From Octopus vulgaris (Eukaryota), in NCBI GenBank assembly GCA_951406725.2, contig OX597830.1, positions 72,912,001-72,976,000 of the forward strand: a stretch of 64,000 nucleotides of DNA, given 5' to 3'. Positions 56,418 to 64,000 of the stretch are shown here, in pieces (position 1 is the first letter of the stretch; every line of letters starts with the position of its first letter). The notes below the pieces were generated by a model. That model saw nothing but the letters and a program-made list of their open reading frames with translations, made no database searches and was not told the DNA's origin. The translations under genes and the position numbers were made by a program.

Positions 56418-56960
56418 ATAAAGGACAAGGCCGTTAAAGATTTTATCAGAGGGCAGCATATAATATAGACTTGCTAAGATGAATTCATATACAGAGATTT
56501 CTTAGATGCTGGCCACTGATAAAATCTTTAACAGTTTTGTCCTTTATTATAATTATAATTGAAAAATTTCCAATCACTTCGGGCCAGTCTAGTCACTTTT
56601 GTACTACTCTGACCACATACTTACGTGTTGAGGAAGACTGCGAAATAAGTGGCGGATGTATTTGTGGTACTGGTATGTAACCGTATTTTTGCGTTTTCTT
56701 TACTATGGGTATGTATAAGTATTTTATTTATTTCTTTAAGTGTGTCTTGCTGATGAGGAAAAGTTATTGGGCTAATCCAGAAATTGAGGAATCCAAGACT
56801 AAATAATTTATGAATTTCTGCGAGCCTACTTCCTCCGTTTCAATACATTGTGTACGGTAAAAGTGGTAATTTATAAGTAGTTGACGATTTGGCTTCTATT
56901 TTCATCGTAGGCATAGTCCCTTCAATACCCTCAATTATAATTGTATTTTATACTATTATA
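56418..56960 (+). mobile_element. PLE-like element with a 5' inverted repeat and a canonical hammerhead
   Basis: Inverted arms 56418-56459 and 56506-56547 start at a TA run; HHR at 56744-56799; the right boundary is approximate. Confidence 0.5.
56744..56799 (+). ncRNA. Hammerhead ribozyme motif (type I) with canonical core
   Basis: gtcttg-CTGATGA-gga...tcc-a-GAAA-tt(gagg)aa-TC-caagac: perfect 6-bp stem I, 3-bp stem II with one extra A before G12, stem III ATT/AAT, AUC cleavage triplet (cut after 56793). Confidence 0.72.
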
Positions 56961-57008
56961 AATCCCTTTCTCTGTCTCCTTCTCTCTCTCTCTCTCTCTC
57001 CCTCTCTC

Positions 57009-57053
<45 letters not shown>

Positions 57054-57057
<4 letters not shown>

Positions 57058-57211
57058 AGAGTTTATGAAAAAAACAAAAGATGAAGACAGGTGGTGTATA
57101 AAACAAACAGATGTATTAGTATAACGCTCAGGAATAGAAAAAGTCTTTTACGTTTCGAGCCTACGCTCTTCTACAGAAAGGGACACAGAAAAACAAGGAG
57201 AGGAAAAAAAA
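57054..57211 (-). mobile_element. (TA)n-embedded HHR-bearing repeat, family 3, copy 2
   Basis: Same start next to (TA)n as 51717; intact CUGUAGA motif. Confidence 0.6.
57145..57180 (-). ncRNA. Minimal hammerhead-like motif with CUGUAGA core
   Basis: Reverse complement cttt-CTGTAGA-a-gagc(gtag)gctc-GAAA-cg-TA-aaag; perfect stems I and II, ACGU palindrome, GUA triplet. Confidence 0.6.
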
Positions 57212-57221
57212 CATATGCACA

Positions 57222-58133
57222 TTGGGTCATTCCATAAATAATGCGGTTTTTTCAATTCCATGAACTAAAAGTCGGAGACTGGTTAAACTACCTGCATCAA
57301 CTGGCTATAAAAGCAGAAATTAATTTTACATTCGCCTTATTCTTAGTGTCAGTTTTGAAGAGTGCAGTTCGATTTTAACAGTTATTTTTGTTTTTTTCAA
57401 ATCTATAATGGAAGTGACGAAGGAGCATATTCGGCATATTTCGCTTCATGAGTTCAATAAAAGCAACAAGGCTACGGAAAGTGCAAGGAATATTAATGCA
57501 GTAGGGATAGGACACTAAGTGTAAGCCAGTGTCAACTGTGGTTCAAAATTCCGAGCCAGAAATCACAGCCTAGAAGATGAGCCTCATCGTGGAAGATCTG
57601 TAGAGCTCGACGAGGACGTCCTGCATTCTCTGTTGGAACAGAATCCCACCATAAATGTTGAGGAACTAGCAAAGAAGCTTCGAACTGGTCATTCAACCAG
57701 TCATTCAAGTCAGCGCTAGAAGAAAAATGACCCTCTTTCGTTTCAAGACGAATGGTGTTCTTCCATCAGGATAATGCTCGATCACATACAGCGAGGATGG
57801 CATTCCAAAGGTTGGGACAGTTTGAACTGGAAACGATGTCCAATCCACCATATTCGCCGGCATTGCCCCATCTGATTATCATTTATTCAGCAGTCTTAAA
57901 AGTCATTTGGACGGAAAAAATATGAATTCTGTAATCGACGTAAGAACAGTACTAGAGGAATATGTATGTCTCGTCATGGACAATTGAATTTTGTAAGTCT
58001 ACTAGATAGATGGAAGAGCATTGTTGAAAATGAAGGAGAGTATATTTTAGATTAAAAAAGAACTTTGTTTATTTTAATTTTGAAAAATAAAAGAAGTATA
58101 ACATATAACTGCATTATTTATGGGATGAACCAA
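57222..58133 (+). mobile_element. Internally deleted mariner (DD34D) transposon
   Basis: TIRs ttgggtcattccataaataatgcggt / actgcattatttatgggatgaaccaa, TA on the right side; transposase remnants MEVTKEHIRH...LEDEPHRGR, FHQDNARSH, PPYSP...APSDYHLF. Confidence 0.85.
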
Positions 58134-58134
58134 T

Positions 58135-58187
<53 letters not shown>

Positions 58188-59271
58188 AACTGTTGTGTCT
58201 GGGGGTGCTTCAACACACGAACTCATATATCTTGCAAACCAAATTCAAAAACGATATATATACTAGTAACAGGAAAGAAGGAATTTCGATTATCCCCACG
58301 TGGTGAGTTGTAATGTATATAAGAAATTAAAAAAGGAAAATGCACACACTTTACCTATTTTTGATATAATTTTTAATATATCGACCGGTTTCGATTTCGC
58401 TATTCATGATATTATGGTTTATGGTTTATTTATTTGAATATGTATTTTCTTAAGAAGAAATTTTGTCCATGTTGTGTTTGATGATATTTACGATTGAATT
58501 ACTTCACAAGTAGAAAAATAAGTCGAGGTAATTGGTTATAGTTATTATTGTTATTGTTCTGGGCAAGGGACTTAACTGTTCAGCTTTCGGTAAGGGAAAG
58601 GGAATATATATGTTGAGAAAAAAAAATGGTTTCAAAAAACTTGTTTAGTGAGGGGTTTTATGTACATGATGTAATCATGTATTGAAATATGTAAAAAGAT
58701 AAAAGTTGTTTATGCGTGCATATTAAGACGTGTTCTCTATTTTTCAATGGTTTGCTGATCATCTAAATCAAGTCAGAATAAAATCTTCTGGTGAACATGA
58801 ATGCATCTATGGGCAAAGACTAACCTCACAGAATCTGAATTCATAGAAGCGATAAAAATGCGCAAATATGGCAATCCTTCTGGAAAGGGTTAAATTACAG
58901 CCTGTGATGTTAAAAGACTTGAATATATAAGTTATTCTCCTACTGGCTCGTGTATGTTTAGTGGCTCAGACTTTAAGGAATATATCATGTGTATATCCAA
59001 TCCTGGTGTATTCCAGCAGTTTTCAACTTAGATGTGCTATTCGCTAATATGTTTTGTCTTCGGAAAACAACATTAAAAGATATACCTAACACCACACACG
59101 ATTCAGCGACATACGGACTCTGAGTCACCGCTTTCCACACGATTACGACACTTCATTGAGATACACCCTCCAGAATTCCGAAGCTGTATTAAAACTATCG
59201 TTAATATAGAATTTAACAAATAAAATATTTGCTGAAGCGTGCCAATGTGTAACAAGTTGCTTCCGAACTAT

Positions 59272-59655
59272 TGGAAGCACTCCGTCGGTTACGACGATGA
59301 GGGTTCCGGTTGATCCGAATCAACGGAACAGCCTGCTCATGAAATTAACGTGTAAGTGGCTGAACACTCCACAGACACGTGTACCCTTAACGTAGTTCTC
59401 GGGGATATTCAGCGTGACACAGAGTGTGAAAAGGCTGGCCCTATGAAATACAGGTACAACAGAAACAGGAAGTAAGTGTGAGAGAAAGTTGTGGTGAAAG
59501 AGTACAGCAGGGATCACCACCATCCCCTGCCGGAGCCTCGTGGAGCTTTAGGTGTTTTCGCTCAATAAACACTCACAACGCCCGGTCTGGGAATCGAAAC
59601 CGCGATCCTATGACCGCGAGTCCGCTGCCCTAACCACTGGGCCATTGCGCCTCCA
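59272..59655 (-). mobile_element. SINE family B copy with a 13-bp TSD
   Basis: TSD cttccgaactatt at 59260-59272 and 59656-59668. Confidence 0.88.
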
Positions 59656-59923
59656 CTTCCGAACTATTACCAATAAGCTAAACAGCAAGAATAAAATCAA
59701 TGATGTATTTATTCACACTTATTACGTTCCACCGGATTTGAACTCGAATATGAAAACGTTTGTATGTGCATTTCACTCAAGCATCTTACTATAAGTCATG
59801 TGCAAAAGACTAAGGACGATAGCAGTATGAGACTAATCTGTACTTATTCGTTCATGCAAGAATCTACGGTATATCACGTATATTGAATAATCCAGTATAA
59901 ATTTTGGACACCTCAATATAAAC

Positions 59924-59970
<47 letters not shown>

Positions 59971-59979
<9 letters not shown>

Positions 59980-60640
59980 AAAAAATGAAGTTTGAAAATG
60001 CTGCTATATTAGACAAATTTTTGATTTTTATATATACATTATTTATTTAACATGTTTCGGTTCTTGAAATGACGAACCTTATATATATAAAAAAGATAGT
60101 TCATGCTATCAAATATAAAAAATTCATATATAATTAAAAAATTCATATATAGTGAAGCGAGTCCATGCTATATGTTTAAAGAGTATGATGTAGTAGTTCA
60201 TAGTGGTGATATGCATTCAATATAAAAAATTCATGTTCTTGAAAAAGCGAGGAATTCATTTTAGGTTTTACCTTGTGTTCCAATGGGAGCAACTGTGATG
60301 ACTCTTGGTTGGTGTCTGTTCGAATAGTTCTGGTGAATCTTGTGAAATGTTTGGGTTTTATATCACCTGTTAGGTGGCTGGTCCAGCGGAACGGGACGTC
60401 ATCAAAGTCATCGCTTCACTATATATGAATTTTTTATTATATATGAATTTTTTATATTTGATAGCATGAACTATAATTTTTATATATAATTTTTTTTGAT
60501 AAGGTTCGTCATTTCAAGAACCGAAACATGTTAAATAAATAATGTATATATAAAAATCAAAAATTTGCCTAATATAGCAGCATTTTCAAACTTCATTTTT
60601 TACAAATATATACACACTCGTATACGAGCTAATCTTATTA
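59971..60640 (+). mobile_element. Long fold-back element (about 190-bp arms) between (TA)n arrays
   Basis: Arms 59971-60160 and 60411-60611 are near-perfect reverse complements; ~250-bp spacer and short tail; degenerate HHR in the arm. Confidence 0.65.
60493..60535 (+). ncRNA. Degenerate hammerhead-like motif
   Basis: ttt-TTGATAA-ggttc(gtcatttcaa)gaacc-GAAA-catg-TT-aaa followed by AATAAA; perfect 5-bp stem II and palindromic stem III, but the core differs from CUGAUGA at two positions. Confidence 0.45.
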
Positions 60641-60646
60641 TATATA

Positions 60647-60715
<69 letters not shown>

Positions 60716-60732
60716 CCTTTGATGCGCCCTTT

Positions 60733-60969
60733 TAAAGCCTAGCCAGGCCCATGGGCCCGGTTTCCCGGTTTCTATGGCGTATGTGTTCCCCAGCTGGACG
60801 GGACGCTAGTCCATCGCAGCGTTTCTCAATTTCGCCAGCTGAGTGGACTGGAGCAACGTGAAATGAAGTGTTTTGCTCAAGAACACAACGCGTCGCCCGG
60901 TGCAGGAATCGAAACCACAATCTTACGATCATGGTGCTGACACCCTAACCACTTAGCCACGCGCCTCCA
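60733..60969 (-). mobile_element. SINE related to B/B2 (chimeric body)
   Basis: tRNA head, ttgctccagtccactcagctggc body and a B2-like tail. Confidence 0.65.
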
Positions 60970-60991
60970 CACACATACACTCACGCGCGCG

Positions 60992-61083
<92 letters not shown>

Positions 61084-61268
61084 ATAGTCGATGTATAAAA
61101 GTTTATAGAAAACTTAACTAAATAACTTTATTTGGTACTCTAAATAGCCAAAGCAAAGAGCAATAGAATTGTTTACCTTTACCTACTTACCTACCGACCG
61201 ATCGACGAATGACCTGTGTATGGACCTACATACGTACAAACATACGTGTGTGTCTTTGTACGTGTGTG

Positions 61269-61322
<54 letters not shown>

Positions 61323-61920
61323 TGTGGGTGTGTGTGTGTGTTTGCACTCCCTAAACATTCCTCTTTCCACATCTTGTCTCTCTCTTGCTGCATCGTGGAG
61401 GGAACCCTTCATCTACAAAATATAATCCCTATGCAATCATCACACCAAGTGGCCTTTTTTTCCTTTTCGCCTGGCCCTCCGTTCCTTACGATAACGGGCA
61501 GACAATTTGAAAAGCTCAACCGAACAGCCTGCTCGTGAGATTTACTTGGAAGTGGCTGAACACTCTACAGACAGGCGTAACCTTAACGTAATTTACAAGG
61601 AAATTCGATGAGACATAGAATATGATAAGGCTATCCCTTGTGAATTACAGGGACAGCTCCTTTTTGCCAGCTGAATGAGTTGACGCAACGAGAAATAAGA
61701 TGTTTGGCTCAAGGTCACAACGAGCTGTAAAATGTCTCTCACGACCTTACGATCGTGGGTCGAATGCACTAATCACTAAGCCACGCGCCTTCACGAATGT
61801 GTGTATTTCATTATTCAGTTTTATTTCAAGATTTTTTTGCCAATAGGGACAATACTAGTTTCTACTCTAGATCCAAGGCTCCTTCATTGGAATTTCAACA
61901 ACAGTAACAAGGTATTTTTT

Positions 61921-62061
61921 GTATGTATGTATGTATGTATGTATGTATGTATGTATGTATGTATGTATGTATGTATGTATGTATGTATGTATGTATGTAT
62001 GTATGTATGTATGTATGTATGTATGTATGTATGTATGTATGTATGTATGTATGTATGTATG

Positions 62062-62095
<34 letters not shown>

Positions 62096-62170
62096 TGTAT
62101 GTATGTATGTATGTATGTATGTATGTATGTATGTGTGTATGTATGGATGGATGTATGTATGTATGTATAC
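61921..62170. repeat. (TATG)n microsatellite
   Basis: Long tetranucleotide run. Confidence 0.95.
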
Positions 62171-62686
62171 GTGCAGATTTGTATGTTTTATGTATTTATT
62201 TTCATGCATATAATTGCATTTCTAGACATGTTCATATATACTTAAATGATAAACTTCTGGAAAGTTTTACAGATGTTTACAGTTCCAGTGATGGACTGGA
62301 TCTGTAGTCTTCAAATCAGCTTTCGCCTTTCTGGCTTCATTTCTTAAGATTGGTATTTAGGCAGTGTGTTACATATCCCAGTACACCAATAATTACAAGT
62401 ATAAACGTGAACTGTATGTATGTGTACATGCATGCATGTGTATATGTATGAATGTATGTATGTATGTATGTGTGTGTGCGTTTCTGTGTGTGTATGTGTG
62501 TGTGTGCGCCTGTTTATTTATATCGCTCATGCCGGTAATTTCCCGGGATAAAACATGATTACCGTGAGATTTAACTTCTGTGGACCGGCACGTGACACTG
62601 TTGTCCAATACAGGAACCACAATTCCATCCGCAGCCCGGGGATGTCTTATGTTTTGTTAGACGTTTCACTCTACTTCCTGTGACTT

Positions 62687-62985
62687 GTGGAGGCACAAGG
62701 CCTAGTGGTTACAGCAGCGGACTCGCGGTCAAGGGATCGCGCGTTCGAATCTCAGACCGGGTGATGTGTGTGTTTATGAGCGAAAACACCTAAGCTCCAC
62801 GCGGCTCCGGCAGAAGGTAATGGCGAAACTTCTGCTGACTCTTTCGCCACAGCTTTCTCTCACTCTTTCCTCCTGCATCTTGCAGCTCACCTACGACGGA
62901 CCGGCGTCCCGTCCGGGTGGGGATCCTATACGCTAAGGAAACCGGGAAACCGGCCTTATGAGCAAGGCGTGGCTCGACAAGGAAC
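62687..62985 (+). mobile_element. SINE family B2 (family B head, different tail)
   Basis: Same tRNA head and aacacctaagctccac body, then a gaaaccgggaaaccgg tail; other copies at 5975-6263 (-) and 60733-60969 (-). Confidence 0.75.
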
Positions 62986-64000
62986 AAAACAAAACTTCCT
63001 GTGTCTACACTTACTGTTAAGGTATTGGTTACGCTTTCAGACAAAACGTTGTGTTTCAGCATAGGAGATTTGTCTCTAACTTTGTTGGTTATTCTCCAAC
63101 GATTCCTCCACCCATACATATTTTCACCACCTTTTCCAAACTTCTTTCGTGTACCTCTTTGAACAGCTTCATTCGCCCTCCTAGCGTGCACTTGTCTTGA
63201 TTCTGCTGCCAGTAACACAATAGCTAGATTGCATTGTAAATTTTCTTTCATCACTCTTCTCGTGATAAATATTTTCGTCTCACTTTCTATACAAATATAT
63301 CTAACAAAACTACTTTAAATTAAATGCTTCTTCCGAAAGTTTATTCGCATATATGCGTGAAAGCGTGTGTGTATGTGTAAGCAAGTGTGTTTAAACGTGT
63401 GGATGATTATGGGTATTAGTGGATGCACCTTGTGTATGTTTGTTGAGTCTTACGTATTATAGGTCTGTGTGTGTATGTGTGTGTGTGTATGTGTGCTTGT
63501 GTGCTTCTGTGTGTACGCTTGTGCGTATGTGATAGGTCTTCTGAACAACCAGCCAATCAATTTCTCTATCACTCTCTAAGAAGATATTTCCATTAAAGTT
63601 TTCGTAGGAAATACGACGTGAGTGTTTATGATGCTCGCGAGACTTAAACTGGTTAAATGTGATAAAGGAAAGATAACTGTTGTGGGGGGACAATATGTCT
63701 CCCTCGTGTACCGTACACTATCAGACATGCAATATACAGTCTGAAGCGAGAGCGAGCTGTCCATCGACTGACTAAAAGATGTAGGAAGCAAAGGAAAGTG
63801 TGTGAAGGGGGAACGAGTCGATTCATTACTTTCACTTCAATTTCGTTCATACAATCATCACACTTGTTGTTGCATTCGTTGTTGTTGTTGTTGTTAAAAT
63901 TGTTGTTGTTTTCGTAGTTAAATTTGCTGTTGTTGTTGTTGTTTTAACATTGCTCATGAGGTAGTAAAATTTGAAAATTGCTCCAGATTATTAATTCTCT

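Overview
Eukaryotic, very AT- and microsatellite-rich animal DNA. It is lophotrochozoan because it carries Lox2; the SINE families and microsatellite density point to an octopod cephalopod such as Octopus, which is an inference. The only clear host coding sequence is the homeobox-containing last coding exon of the Hox gene Lox2 (27572-27849, +). No upstream hexapeptide exon was recognised, so everything upstream is probably one very large intron. The rest is transposon debris: three tRNA-derived SINE families with nested insertions and TSDs, decayed R4/Dong-like non-LTR retrotransposons piled into (TAA)n arrays, a Penelope-like (PLE) RT relic, mariner/Tc1/maT relics and a clean non-autonomous Helitron. 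The most striking non-obvious signal is a set of short elements sitting inside (TA)n arrays, often as fold-back inverted repeats, that carry hammerhead-ribozyme (HHR) motifs. One has a canonical core (56744-56799); several minimal variants have non-canonical cores (CCGACGA, CCGAUGA, CUGUAGA, UUGAUAA), short palindromic stem III and compensatory stem changes. This fits PLE-derived non-autonomous ribozyme elements that target microsatellites. Almost all ORFs in the supplied track are microsatellite artefacts. All structures were read by eye; nothing was folded or searched computationally.
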